64,000 nt of DNA from Candidatus Micrarchaeota archaeon (GTDB lineage: Archaea; Micrarchaeota; Micrarchaeia; Norongarragalinales; SBBD01): positions 64,001-128,000 of the forward strand of contig JAHJQN010000007.1 in NCBI GenBank assembly GCA_018819225.1, read 5' to 3'. The notes below the pieces were generated by a model. That model did not search any database and was not told where the DNA came from. It saw only the letters and a program-made list of their open reading frames with translations. The position numbers and the translations under genes are program-made. Below, piece after piece: positions 38,662-48,846 of the stretch (positions are counted from its first letter, which is position 1; each line of letters opens with the position of its first letter).

Positions 38662-40677
38662 GTGCCGCTACATCAGTTAGCGAAAACGGTTTCGGGTTCC
38701 GAAAACCCGCACTGGGCCTTTATTTCCCGCGTCCTGTTGCGACGGGCTACGGCCGAGTTCAGCCAAAGCACTCATTCCGTTCAATGGAACGGATTCGTTT
38801 CTCCAAACCGAGATTACCCGTACGAAGGGTTTTCCGCTGTTTTCGGGAACGAAAACTGGAAGTTCTTGGATGCGCTCGGCCTAGCTTGTACTTGCCCGGA
38901 GACCCGTTTGACTCCCCTCCAAGTCACCGCTTTCCCGTGGAAAGTCACTTACCAATACGCCATCCATCCTTCTCGCAATACCACGCTGTCTGTAGAATAC
39001 TATTTGCTTAAGTCCAACCCATTCCCTTGCTTGCACGTTCGAATTCAACTATCCCCGGAATCGCTTCCAGAAAATCGCTTGCTTATTGCGCCTCTTCTCG
39101 ACATGCGTCCCTCCGACCAATCCGCTTTTCCATACCAATACGCCGTTTCGAACGGATCCGACCAAGTCATCATGAAAAACGTGTTTTCGCATTACTCGTT
39201 GTTAATGACGTCCCGCGGTTTGAAGAAAACAAACGAGGGGTTTTCAATGCCTTGGCAATACAAACTCGGCAGCGGCGAACGCGAGGGATCGTCGGGTTTT
39301 CCCAAGGCGTTGTCCGAGACCCGTTCGCTCTATTGTCCCGGCGTCTATTCCGTTCCTTTGAACCGCGAAACCGTTCTCCAATTCACGGCGTACCCGAGCA
39401 ATACGCCTCCTGCCCATTATTCGAGTGACGAAACCCGGGAACTCAAACAACTCGCATCTCTTATCCGTCGTCTCCGTCCCACACTGAAAAAAGCGGAGGT
39501 TCGGTGGGGTAAAGGTACTGCAGACGCCCTTGCCATCCGTTCCCTTGTTTTTCTTGACAAGTTTTCCTTCCGTTCCCCTTTCGGCGCCAAGGATGCCGGT
39601 GCGTATTGGTTCCGACAACCATGGACGCGCGACCTATTCGAAAGCACTTACATCAACTACGATGCCATTGCTTCCACAAAACCGGATTGGATGACTCGCT
39701 TGATTTCTTCGACGTGGTCCATGCAAAACAACGGGTTCCTTCCCCGTCTGCTCAATGATCCTGATTCCGGTCAAAGCGTTGACGGCACGTTGTATGCTCT
39801 GCTAACCTCCCACCGGTTCCAATCCGCGAATCAATCTCCAGCGTTCCGGGAACGCCTACTTCAAGCTGGCCATTCATTTATCGAAGCCGTCGCACGCCAA
39901 GGCATGCTCGACCCTCATTTTTCCCTCCTCAAAACGCCCGCGGATGCCTCATGGATCGACTCCCGCATTCCTTACCCCCATTCACCTGTTCCCATCATGG
40001 CTCCGTCCCGTCTTCCTGCCGAATGGGCGAACGCCCTCCTTACATCGTCAACTAATCCATCGGCCGCAATCCAAGAACCCCGTTATTACTTAGCGGAAGT
40101 CAACGCGTTATGGGTCGAATTTTTACGCGCACGCCATTCCTTGAAACCCAGCGAGGCGACGACGACATTGAAAAGTAACGCCGCCTTCCAATTCAAGCAC
40201 GTGTTTTTCGGCGAAGTTCCGTGCGGTATGGCCCGCGACGATCTCGTTCTATCCGATGAGGAAGTGGCGACGTGGATTCAGGCGGCGGCCCTTGCGCCCT
40301 CCTCTTTTACGGATCTTGAAGCCCGCGAGCTACTCGACCGCGCCGACCCGTATCTCGTCCGTCGGAACCATCAATTGTTCGGCGTCCTCGTAAAAAAAGG
40401 TCCGCGCACTCCCTTCTTCGACGACCGTCAATATCACGGCGCCGTTGCCTGGCCGAAAACGAATCCCTATCTCTATTCCCTGCTGATGCGAGCAGGAAAA
40501 ACGCGGGAAGCGGAATCTCTTTTGTTGTCCGTTCTCGATCACCAGCAGAATGAAGGCGCTTTGTTCTACACGCACGAACTCTTTTCCCCCGAAGCCCAAC
40601 CCGTTCCCGTCAAGAATCCCGCGCAACTCTTTTCCCAGTACGTTCAGCCCTACTATGATTTTCTTCAACGCGTCTAG
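38662..40677 (+). CDS. Amylo-alpha-1,6-glucosidase (glycogen debranching enzyme)
   Basis: AGAYWF..WTRD, SVDG, SWID, EVNALW, YHG..WP. Confidence 0.8.
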   Translation: MPLHQLAKTVSGSENPHWAFISRVLLRRATAEFSQSTHSVQWNGFVSPNRDYPYEGFSAVFGNENWKFLDALGLACTCPETRLTPLQVTAFPWKVTYQYAIHPSRNTTLSVEYYLLKSNPFPCLHVRIQLSPESLPENRLLIAPLLDMRPSDQSAFPYQYAVSNGSDQVIMKNVFSHYSLLMTSRGLKKTNEGFSMPWQYKLGSGEREGSSGFPKALSETRSLYCPGVYSVPLNRETVLQFTAYPSNTPPAHYSSDETRELKQLASLIRRLRPTLKKAEVRWGKGTADALAIRSLVFLDKFSFRSPFGAKDAGAYWFRQPWTRDLFESTYINYDAIASTKPDWMTRLISSTWSMQNNGFLPRLLNDPDSGQSVDGTLYALLTSHRFQSANQSPAFRERLLQAGHSFIEAVARQGMLDPHFSLLKTPADASWIDSRIPYPHSPVPIMAPSRLPAEWANALLTSSTNPSAAIQEPRYYLAEVNALWVEFLRARHSLKPSEATTTLKSNAAFQFKHVFFGEVPCGMARDDLVLSDEEVATWIQAAALAPSSFTDLEARELLDRADPYLVRRNHQLFGVLVKKGPRTPFFDDRQYHGAVAWPKTNPYLYSLLMRAGKTREAESLLLSVLDHQQNEGALFYTHELFSPEAQPVPVKNPAQLFSQYVQPYYDFLQRV

Positions 40678-41345
40678 AAGAATTCGCTCAGTTTCACTTC
40701 CGTTAACTTGAGGCGCTTCACCGTATCCCATTCCCAACGAATGTGCTTCTTCAAACGCTTGTCTCCCCCATGCTTTTTCAAGAACGAAATCGTGCGGCCA
40801 TCCGACGGATAACCGCTCCCCATTTCCTCTCCAAACATTTCCTGCAGCTCCAACACGCGCTTTTCTCTCTGGCTCTTCGCCAGAATGGACGCCGCGCCCG
40901 CCACCACGTACTTCACATCCGCCTTATTCTCGCTCACAATCTCTACGCCCTTCAACTTGAACGACAAATGTTTTCGAATACGGTGCTCGAACTTTTTAGG
41001 AACGGAATCCGGCGAGTCCACGAACACGCGTTCCACCTCCTGTTTTTTATACAGCTTCTCCAACGCCTCCGCCACTTTAATTGCTTCCACGTCGTTCAAG
41101 CTCGTCTTATTCCGCATGAACCGCGTGATCTCTTCCGCCGACACCTCCACCAGCACATGCGGATACCCCGCGAGTTTCTCCGCCAACGCTTCCCGCTTGC
41201 TATCCGAAAGCAATTTCGAGTCTTTGACGCCCCAACGCTTCAACTTCTTTTCCTCCGAAGCATGGCACGCGAACACTCCGATGATTAGCGGTCCGATAAC
41301 CGGCCCCCGGCCCGCCTCGTCGACTCCGGCAATCATTCGAATCAT
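40674..41345 (-). CDS. rnhB: Ribonuclease HII
   Basis: GVDEAGRGPVIGP, DSK, ASILAK, GSGYPSD. Confidence 0.96.
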   Translation of the reverse strand: MIRMIAGVDEAGRGPVIGPLIIGVFACHASEEKKLKRWGVKDSKLLSDSKREALAEKLAGYPHVLVEVSAEEITRFMRNKTSLNDVEAIKVAEALEKLYKKQEVERVFVDSPDSVPKKFEHRIRKHLSFKLKGVEIVSENKADVKYVVAGAASILAKSQREKRVLELQEMFGEEMGSGYPSDGRTISFLKKHGGDKRLKKHIRWEWDTVKRLKLTEVKLSEFF

Positions 41346-41372
41346 ATCGGATTCCTTTAAACCCAGCGTCTT

Positions 41373-41891
41373 TTATCGCTTCCTTCTCGCTTCTAAACGA
41401 ATGTATGCTGCCACTTTCGAAAGATAGTCTCGCGGAGCGTACATGTGGTTGGTTCCAAGATCCATTTTCCTTAAATGATTTCTTCGAACTCCGGAAACAT
41501 TGTGTTGTTCTCGATCGTGTAGGTGCACGAATAGCCGGTTCGGATAATGCCGGTTCATCCACTGCGCCATCCGCAAGTGCACCTTCGCTGCAATGCCTAT
41601 TTTATCAAGGCCTTGAATGCGATCATTCGGAAAATCCGATCCCCCGTCATTGAACGGGTGAAAGTTGCCCCAAATGAGGCGGTCTTTCTTGATTTCGAAA
41701 TGCAGTCGCCCCCAACGCTCTCCTTCCATTTGAAAGTTTGTCAGCACCGTGTGAATTCTCGGCGGTGTAAAAAACATTTTCGCGTTATTGGGGGTTCGGG
41801 TCGTTCTTAACTTGAAATGAGCAAACCTCGAATTCTCCTTTGGTATCGTTAACGGAACGACTTCGGTTCCCAACGGTTTTTCTCTTGCCAT
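41373..41891 (-). CDS. Hypothetical Arg-rich protein (possibly degenerate GNAT)
   Basis: 172-aa ORF; QGLDKIGIA resembles GNAT motif A. Confidence 0.55.
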   Translation of the reverse strand: MAREKPLGTEVVPLTIPKENSRFAHFKLRTTRTPNNAKMFFTPPRIHTVLTNFQMEGERWGRLHFEIKKDRLIWGNFHPFNDGGSDFPNDRIQGLDKIGIAAKVHLRMAQWMNRHYPNRLFVHLHDREQHNVSGVRRNHLRKMDLGTNHMYAPRDYLSKVAAYIRLEARRKR

Positions 41892-41898
41892 GCCTCTC

Positions 41899-42507
41899 TT
41901 ACTCCGTATGCGAACCGATTACTTTTTTTTCTTTTCGTTGTACGAGGCGTTGGATTCCCCTGATGACCCATCGGTCCAGGCGTCTCTCCTTTTTTTGATG
42001 CGAGGATTCCAACCAATTTCGGATGTTGGTGTCATGCACTCGCGCGACATATGTGATGTCTGGCTTCATATTCATGGATTGTAACCAACGCCGGACTCCC
42101 TTCGAAGAATCGGCTTCGTGATGCAACCCTCTGACTCCAAAATGCGTTTGGCTGAATTCGGACAAGGCAAGAAGTACGCGCGCCTTGAATTCCTTGTTCC
42201 GCAATCGGAGAGGCGCCTGGTATTCCGGCGCAAACACGGCGATGCGGCCGGTTCCCTTATCGGTCACTACCGAAAGTATTCCAAACTCCTTTCCGTTCCC
42301 GCCTTTCAAACGTTTGCTGATTTCCGGAGTTGAAATCCAGTGTTTGCCCGGCGTGTCCGTGATCCGGAGTTTCAGCTCCCGGTACCCCTCGGTTCTTCGT
42401 TCCTTATTCTCATACACTTCAATGCCTAGTCCCCGCTGTTCCTTGGGCATGCGCTTACTATCCTCGTCTGCCATTATAGCCTTTTCTGTCACCTCCCCCC
42501 GAACCAT
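41899..42507 (-). CDS. Hypothetical Arg/Lys-rich protein
   Basis: ORF in tandem with 41373-41891; start may be 42474 or 42450. Confidence 0.6.
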   Translation of the reverse strand: MVRGEVTEKAIMADEDSKRMPKEQRGLGIEVYENKERRTEGYRELKLRITDTPGKHWISTPEISKRLKGGNGKEFGILSVVTDKGTGRIAVFAPEYQAPLRLRNKEFKARVLLALSEFSQTHFGVRGLHHEADSSKGVRRWLQSMNMKPDITYVARVHDTNIRNWLESSHQKKERRLDRWVIRGIQRLVQRKEKKVIGSHTE

Positions 42508-42540
42508 TTATATTTCTTCATTGCGCCATTCTGTTGTTCT

Positions 42541-42804
42541 GGGGTCATAGTATAACTTGGCAGAACAGTAGCGACCTCTTTCTTTTCCAAAAAGAAAGAC
42601 CTCGACGAGAAAGAAAAGGGCATGCGGTCGCTGAAGCTCCAGTTCTTTCATGGCTTTTCATCAAGCCAAAAGAACGCCAAGTTAACGGCGTGAGGTAGTC
42701 TGAGCGTTAAGCGATGATTAGAGTGCCTGGAGCTCGGAATCATGAAGAGAAAACAGGCTCTACGGAGATACCTACGGATGGGGGTTCGAATCCCCCTGAC
42801 CCCA
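42541..42804 (+). tRNA. tRNA-Trp(CCA) with two introns (30/31: 42572-42635; 37/38: 42643-42769)
   Basis: GGGGTCA/TGACCCC; spliced arm GTAGG-CTCCAGA-CCTAC; both junctions fit BHB-like motifs. Confidence 0.9.
42643..42769 (+). ncRNA. Intron-encoded box C/D guide RNA (predicted Cm34 and Cm39 of tRNA-Trp)
   Basis: AGGTAGT-CTGA, GCGATGA, CTGGAGCT-CGGA; N+5 rule lands on C39 and C34. Confidence 0.75.
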
Positions 42805-42855
42805 TGTCTGCGTCGGGGCTCTGCCCCCTTGTCCAGACTGTTCGCTCCCCTTCCC

Positions 42856-43980
42856 TTATTTTGAGGGTTTCCGGAATCGACCAGTCGGATGCGATAAGAA
42901 AACTCGTCTTCTGGAAACCATGTAGTCAACGAGCGCTTTATTCATCCAAGGCGCGCCTGCTCCGACTCCGTAATTTTCATACAAGTGCGTAGATAGAATG
43001 CGTTTCCAATCGCGTGCCGAGGACGGAGCCTTCCGACTTAAATTCAAGTAGAATAGATCCACGGGAGAACTGCTTCGAACTAAATCCGCTTTCTTCTTGT
43101 ATATTGACGCGTTGGGTTCTCCTGCTCCTGAATATTCGAGGGCGGGCGATATTCCGCGGACGCCTTCCACTATCTGGAACCCGAGTTTGGCTCGGATAGC
43201 GGATGCCCTCAAGCGGTTCAGGATTTCAAGAAGCTCCGACTCCTGCTCTTCATTTCTTGTTTTCCTCTTTTTCAGAGATTCCATTCGGCCGATATCTTTC
43301 CGAGTCAGCGGTTCCCCTTCGATTAGAAAGTGTTCCGCCCCATTTTGAACGGCTTTACGAATTCGCGCATTCATCATTTCCGTTCCCAGTCCTTTCCCGA
43401 GGTATGCCGGGTTCACGGCAATATACTCTCCTACTGCCACTTTCGGTTTTCCGGGCTTCCGGCTCGTATGGGTCGTGGCGACTCCCACGATTTTCCTTTC
43501 CTCGTTGCGCGCGACCATGAAGTCATATTGGGGCCAGAATTCATGCATGCGGTTTTCTCGGAAGCTGTCGCGGAATCCGCTCAACGGCGAACGGTCTTCT
43601 CCGTGAAACGTCCTTCGAAGCAACCGGAACGCATCCGCTAATGAATTCCGTTGCGAGATTTCCTCTTTCGTCATCGTCGAATGTTTGAGCCTGCGAACGG
43701 ATGCTCCTAATCCTTTCACGGGGTTTTGCGCATTTCGAGTAAACGGAAGTCCGTATCTTCCCCTTTCGAAAGAAGCATCGTGTTGCCGCCATCCCATTCT
43801 ACGGATAAGTTCTCGCGAGTTCATGTTGCGGATCGCAGAAAAATCCGGCCGAGCGACATACGGGACGTGTTCTAACGTGATTGTTTCGCCCGTTTTCAAC
43901 CGCACGAGTTGAGGCCGCTCAAAAGAGCGTTTTCTAACGCTTGCGGGGTTGACCCGGCGAAGCGCTTCCGGCAAAGGCAT
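42856..43980 (-). CDS. GNAT-domain Arg-rich protein
   Basis: YIAVNPAYLGKGLGTEMM motif A; KLGF. Confidence 0.75.
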   Translation of the reverse strand: MPLPEALRRVNPASVRKRSFERPQLVRLKTGETITLEHVPYVARPDFSAIRNMNSRELIRRMGWRQHDASFERGRYGLPFTRNAQNPVKGLGASVRRLKHSTMTKEEISQRNSLADAFRLLRRTFHGEDRSPLSGFRDSFRENRMHEFWPQYDFMVARNEERKIVGVATTHTSRKPGKPKVAVGEYIAVNPAYLGKGLGTEMMNARIRKAVQNGAEHFLIEGEPLTRKDIGRMESLKKRKTRNEEQESELLEILNRLRASAIRAKLGFQIVEGVRGISPALEYSGAGEPNASIYKKKADLVRSSSPVDLFYLNLSRKAPSSARDWKRILSTHLYENYGVGAGAPWMNKALVDYMVSRRRVFLSHPTGRFRKPSK

Positions 43981-44015
43981 GCTAACAGAATGAGCGGTAC
44001 TCCATATAACTTTTT

Positions 44016-45542
44016 CTATATTTTCCTAACCCATCCGTTCGTCGCGTCCACGTCAACCCTTTCGCCGTCCTTCAACACTTTCGTCGCGATTTTTGTTCCG
44101 ATCAGGCATGGAATGCCGAGCTCCCTGCTCACGATGGCCGCGTGGCATGTTACGCCTCCTTGATCCGTAACAATTGCGGCTGCTTTCTTCATCGCAGGGA
44201 CCACGTCCGGGTTCGTCGCGTAAGCTACCAGAATATCGCCTTCATTCATTTTGGTCATGTCCGCAGCTTCTTGGATGATTTTAACCGTCCCTACCGCTTT
44301 ACCCAGCGAGGCGCACTGTCCTTTCAGCTCTTTCACGTCCATATCGATTTTTTCTTTCGCATCCTCCCCTTGTTTTCGGGCCGCATCCCCTATTAACACT
44401 TGACAAAATCCTTTCTCCGCATACAATGTGCAGAAGATCGTGCGTTCCCGAAGTAATGCGCGATCGATGCGCCCTTCCTTCAAAGCCATCTCGATTTCCT
44501 CAAACAACATGCAACGCATTTCGTGGTTGCTGATGTTCAACCGATCCGCGATTTCCTGAATCAACGCGTCCATGTGGTAAAGGGAAGTGATTTGCGCGTA
44601 TCTCCGGTACCATTTCGTCATCATGAATTCGGCGTATACGGCAAACAACTCGCGGTGGTACTCGTCGAATTCCAATTGTTTCTCGAGCTGTTCTTTTCTC
44701 TCGCGGTGTTCTTCAATGACTTCATCCATTTCCGCAAACGTTCTTTCCGCGTTTTTTCCGCTCTTGAAGAATTCGGCGAATTCCTTCAAGTAGTGTTCGA
44801 ATGCGTAGGGGATTCCGTAGTACATGAACCCTAACGGCTTGTACTTTTCCCAATGGGCTTCGATTTTTTTCCGTATGGCCGGAGGCAAACCCAAACGAAT
44901 GTGCTCGATGTCCTTTGAAAACAAGTTTTTCACGTATGCGTCCTTCCCGATTTCTTTCGCGATCCCCAAGAACTCTTTCGCCTGCCGGTTTTCTTCGCTT
45001 TCCGTGTCCGGAGTCGTTAAGGGCACGAGCCACGTGTTCACTTCCGTCTCATCCTTCGCTTTTTTTCGAATGTATTCCTTCAACGTATTCGTGTACTCCG
45101 GAAAAAACATGTCCGTTGAATTACTGAGCCAGCCCCATTCGTACAATCGCGTGTGCACTTCGAAGAATCCGTTCATCAACTCCCATAATTCGGCATTGCT
45201 TTTTTCTTTCAGGTTGTGTTGGTTGATCCGGGTTTTCGTGTAATCGGTCATTTCATCCGACAGTTCCACGATGTTTTTATTGATCGTGTGCCCGAATGGC
45301 GGGTCATCGGTTATTTTCTTGAGCACGTGCTTTGTAAACTCCAAGCAGTCGTTCTTCCCGTAGTAGAAACTCATGTCCACGCCATCGAATACGCCTAGTA
45401 CCTTCCGGTAGTTCCTTCCCACGGAGTTCTCCATGTTATTCGCAAAAGCACGGATCCAGATCTGGGAGAAGAAGAAGTCCATGTTCGGGATGTCTTCTGC
45501 TTTCATCCACGGGTCTTTGTTGTGTAATTCCTGAGCACCCAT
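44016..45542 (-). CDS. PEP-utilising enzyme with C-terminal phosphohistidine swivel domain, no N-terminal ATP-grasp domain
   Basis: GDILVA..TNPD.VPAMKKAAAIVTDQGGVTCHAAIVSRELGIPC. Confidence 0.88.
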   Translation of the reverse strand: MGAQELHNKDPWMKAEDIPNMDFFFSQIWIRAFANNMENSVGRNYRKVLGVFDGVDMSFYYGKNDCLEFTKHVLKKITDDPPFGHTINKNIVELSDEMTDYTKTRINQHNLKEKSNAELWELMNGFFEVHTRLYEWGWLSNSTDMFFPEYTNTLKEYIRKKAKDETEVNTWLVPLTTPDTESEENRQAKEFLGIAKEIGKDAYVKNLFSKDIEHIRLGLPPAIRKKIEAHWEKYKPLGFMYYGIPYAFEHYLKEFAEFFKSGKNAERTFAEMDEVIEEHRERKEQLEKQLEFDEYHRELFAVYAEFMMTKWYRRYAQITSLYHMDALIQEIADRLNISNHEMRCMLFEEIEMALKEGRIDRALLRERTIFCTLYAEKGFCQVLIGDAARKQGEDAKEKIDMDVKELKGQCASLGKAVGTVKIIQEAADMTKMNEGDILVAYATNPDVVPAMKKAAAIVTDQGGVTCHAAIVSRELGIPCLIGTKIATKVLKDGERVDVDATNGWVRKI

Positions 45543-45612
45543 CGCGGTCACCGATATGTTACTACTTATTGGTACTTCCAATCCTATTTAATTTTACCCG
45601 CGTATGCGCGGC

Positions 45613-46275
45613 TCATGCCCTTTGGAATTGCTGGAGTGCTACGGGCACCAACTTGGCTTCCGCCAGCCTCAAATGTTCCCTTAGCGCGGACTCCGATAAC
45701 CTTAATTTCTTGGAAAGTTGTTTGAGATTGATTTTTCTGGGGTACGTATAGTACCCGAATTCCGCGGCACGCTGCATGACGTTGAATTGTTGCTCGCTTA
45801 AACGCTGCATCACATCGGGAATAAAGAGATTCGTATTCTCTTGTTTCAAGCTCGTTAGTTCAATGGTGGCGCGTTCCGCCACCGCGTCAATTTTCTTATA
45901 GAGTCTCTGAATGCTTTCCTTATCCCAGCTTGCCACGGTCCAATACTCGAAACCGTTTTTCAGCATCTGGGGCTTAATGAAGAACACGCGCTCCTCCAGG
46001 ATCAGCGTGTGATACGAAATCGCGTCTTGCGGAATGCTGAAGAAGATGTAATTGCGTTCCGCATGGTGAATCCGATACCGCTCCATGGTTTTCAGTAATT
46101 GCTTAATGTACTTCTCCGTGTCCGGACCGTTTACCGCGAGCACTTTCGAGATGTGCGTTTCCTCCCCTTTCTTGTAGACATTCAAATAAATGCTAAGCAC
46201 CGTCACATCGTGCGTTTTCGTTAGGCGCAGCACCTCCGAGCTTTCGTGCCAGACCTTGAATTCCGCGATCCACAT
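45613..46275 (-). CDS. Bat/HTH-10 family transcriptional regulator
   Basis: LSEQQ....A...GYY.YPR.INL..L...L..S.S...EHLR.AE.KL. Confidence 0.88.
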   Translation of the reverse strand: MWIAEFKVWHESSEVLRLTKTHDVTVLSIYLNVYKKGEETHISKVLAVNGPDTEKYIKQLLKTMERYRIHHAERNYIFFSIPQDAISYHTLILEERVFFIKPQMLKNGFEYWTVASWDKESIQRLYKKIDAVAERATIELTSLKQENTNLFIPDVMQRLSEQQFNVMQRAAEFGYYTYPRKINLKQLSKKLRLSESALREHLRLAEAKLVPVALQQFQRA

Positions 46276-46378
46276 AACTAGCTGCACGTAAATCTTATTT
46301 TTAAACAAAGGGCAGATCTTTGAATACGCCAATCCTTGTTCCAAAACCCTATTAACCTATTTCGTGCGATCTAATAGT

Positions 46379-47299
46379 ATGCCCCGTCGAAAACCCGCGG
46401 AAGTTATCCCATACCATCCCCTTCGTGAGGTTCCACTTCTGGTAGCTATTGAAAATGAAGAGGGAGAACGAGCCGGATTTTCTATAGGCCATAATCACGC
46501 ATTGCTCATTTTTCCCAATTCCTTGATTCGAAGACGCCCACGCATTCTTCGCAGCTTAAGAACCGCAGTCCATCCTTCGCTTAGACCGCACATCTCGAGT
46601 TTTCCCCTAAAAAAAGCACACGAAAGACGCGTGTATTCCCTAAAATATTTAGATCCACCGCATCATACCTCCCGTGGAAGGAATAGGTATTTTCGAGAGG
46701 GTTTTTTTGCTGTTGGACTAGATCCCTTGACTAACTTTGAACTCGCTCGGCCTTCCCAAGCTCAACAATTAACAGATCACATGATTCAGACCGATGATAC
46801 GGATATCTCTCACATTCCTCCTAGAAAACTTCATTCCATACTGGGCGCGTCTTTCCGAGCCGAACAAGAACGATCGGTTCAGGTGGGAAAACATACGATG
46901 AGAATTTTGTTGGACCAATTGAAGCAGTGGCAAATTAAACGAGTCTTCATTAATCCGCCGGATTATTCTCTCCCGTATTCTACTACTCCTCCGACTATTG
47001 GCAAGGATGATGCACAAGCGACGTATGGCAATCCCGGGTTTACGCGACCCTATGTCTTATCGAAAGATATTCGAGATTCCTTTCTTCATTTTCAAAAAGA
47101 ACAAGTTTTACCTGGCGGAGTTAGAATGGATGTTCACGCGATTCATAGGAATCGGCGCCATAATTCTTTGGAACTGGAAGGTATTGCCGTAACACTCCAT
47201 CAATCGGTTTCCATTGGAAAGCTCGCTTCGGTTCTAAAGAATTTAGGCGTATATCGCAATTATAAGCCCGGAGAACGCGATTTGAAAGGCCTTCTATAA
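46379..47299 (+). CDS. Hypothetical Arg/His-rich protein
   Basis: ~306-aa ORF starting MPRRKP; more AT-rich than neighbours. Confidence 0.6.
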   Translation: MPRRKPAEVIPYHPLREVPLLVAIENEEGERAGFSIGHNHALLIFPNSLIRRRPRILRSLRTAVHPSLRPHISSFPLKKAHERRVYSLKYLDPPHHTSRGRNRYFREGFFAVGLDPLTNFELARPSQAQQLTDHMIQTDDTDISHIPPRKLHSILGASFRAEQERSVQVGKHTMRILLDQLKQWQIKRVFINPPDYSLPYSTTPPTIGKDDAQATYGNPGFTRPYVLSKDIRDSFLHFQKEQVLPGGVRMDVHAIHRNRRHNSLELEGIAVTLHQSVSIGKLASVLKNLGVYRNYKPGERDLKGLL

Positions 47300-47328
47300 C
47301 CTCCCTTCTTCAACTGACTACCGCAGAT

Positions 47329-48821
47329 TCATTCCTGATTATTTTTCAGTATGCGCACGATTCCATTTCCTGCATCCACTTCAACGCGATCCCCGTCCTT
47401 CAGCACTTTCGTAGCGATCTTCGTACCGATGACGCAAGGAATACCCAATTCCCTGCTCACAATGGCCGCCGCTTTCTTCATTGCAGGAACCACATCGGGA
47501 TTCGTCGCAATGGCCACGAGAATATCCCCTGGCTTCATTTTCATCATGTCGGATGGCGTGATGATGATTTTAACCGTCCCTACCGTTTTACCCAGCGAGG
47601 CGCACTGTCCTTTCAGCTCCCTCGCGTTCGCCTCGATTTTTTCATCAGCGCGTTCCGCCAACGTACGTGCCGCATCCCCTACGAGCACTTGACAGAATCC
47701 CTGGTATGCATACAACGTACAAAACTGTGTCCGCTCCCGCAAGAACCCTCGATCGATCGTTCCTTCCGTCAACGCCACTTCCATTTCCTCGAACAGCATA
47801 CACCGTGCTTCGTGGTTGCTGATGTTCAACCGATCCGCGATTTCCTGCAATAACGCATCCACATGGGATAATGCCGTTAGCTGTGAATACCTCCGATAAA
47901 GCTTCGTCAACATAAACTCGGCATATACGGCAAACATTTCCTTCTGATGGTCGCTCAGCTCCAACTGTTTTTCCAACTGCCTTTTTTTCGAGCGGTGTTC
48001 TTCAATGACCTTGCCGATTTCCGCAAACGTTCTTTCCGCGTCCTTCCCGCTCTTGAAGAATTCGGTGAATTCCTTCAAGTAGTGTTCGAAGGGGTAAGGC
48101 ATGCCAAAAAACATGCCTCCCAAGACGCGGTACTTTTCCCAGTATTGCTCCAACCTTCTCTTGTATTGCGGAGGCAAACCAATCCGGATATGCTCGATGT
48201 CTTTAGAAAACAAGTTTTTCACGTACGCTTCTTTCCCAATCTCCTTGGCTATTTCCAGAAAGGCCTTGCGTTGACGGTTTTCCACGCTTTCTTTTTCCGG
48301 CGTCGTCAGAGGAATGAACCACGCGTTCACTTGTTCTTCGTTATCCGTTTTCATTCGAAGATAGGACTTCAATCGCTCGGTGTATTCAGGATAGAACATG
48401 TCGGTCGCGTTGCTCAAACCCCCCCATTCATGCAGCGTCGTGTGCGCGGCCACGAATGGCTTGAGCAGCCCCAAAGCTCCTCATTCGTTTTTCGGTTCAA
48501 GTTCTTTCCATAAATGTGGTGTCGCGTGTAATCCGTCATCGCATCGGATAGCGTGACGATGTTGCGGTTGATCTCGTGGCCGAATGCCGGATCCTCGTCT
48601 ATCTTTTGAAGCACATGCCTCGCAAAATCCAGCGTATCCTGCCTTCCGTAATAGAATTTGAGGTCGGTTCCTTTGAATACGGCTAAGATCTTTTGGTAAT
48701 TCCGGCCGACGGCGTTCTCAATGCTATCCACGTACATGCGCAGCCAGATCTGCGCGGAAAAGAAGTCCATGTTTGGAATGTCTTCGGCCAGCATCCAAGG
48801 GTCTTCGTCACGTTGAACCAT
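47329..48821 (-). pseudogene. Decayed paralogue of 44016-45542
   Basis: Frameshift at G4 run (48469-48472) and 13-aa in-frame deletion removing the catalytic His (AMKKAAAIVSRELG). Confidence 0.85.
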
Positions 48822-48846
48822 GCGATTCGCCGTTTACGCCGCCAAA

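Noticed and set aside
41373-47299. Integrated element at tRNA-Trp
   Set aside because: No integrase, transposase or duplicated tRNA 3' end seen
48460-48480. Programmed frameshift in the second PEP-utiliser copy
   Set aside because: The same copy also lacks the catalytic His, so decay or sequencing error is simpler
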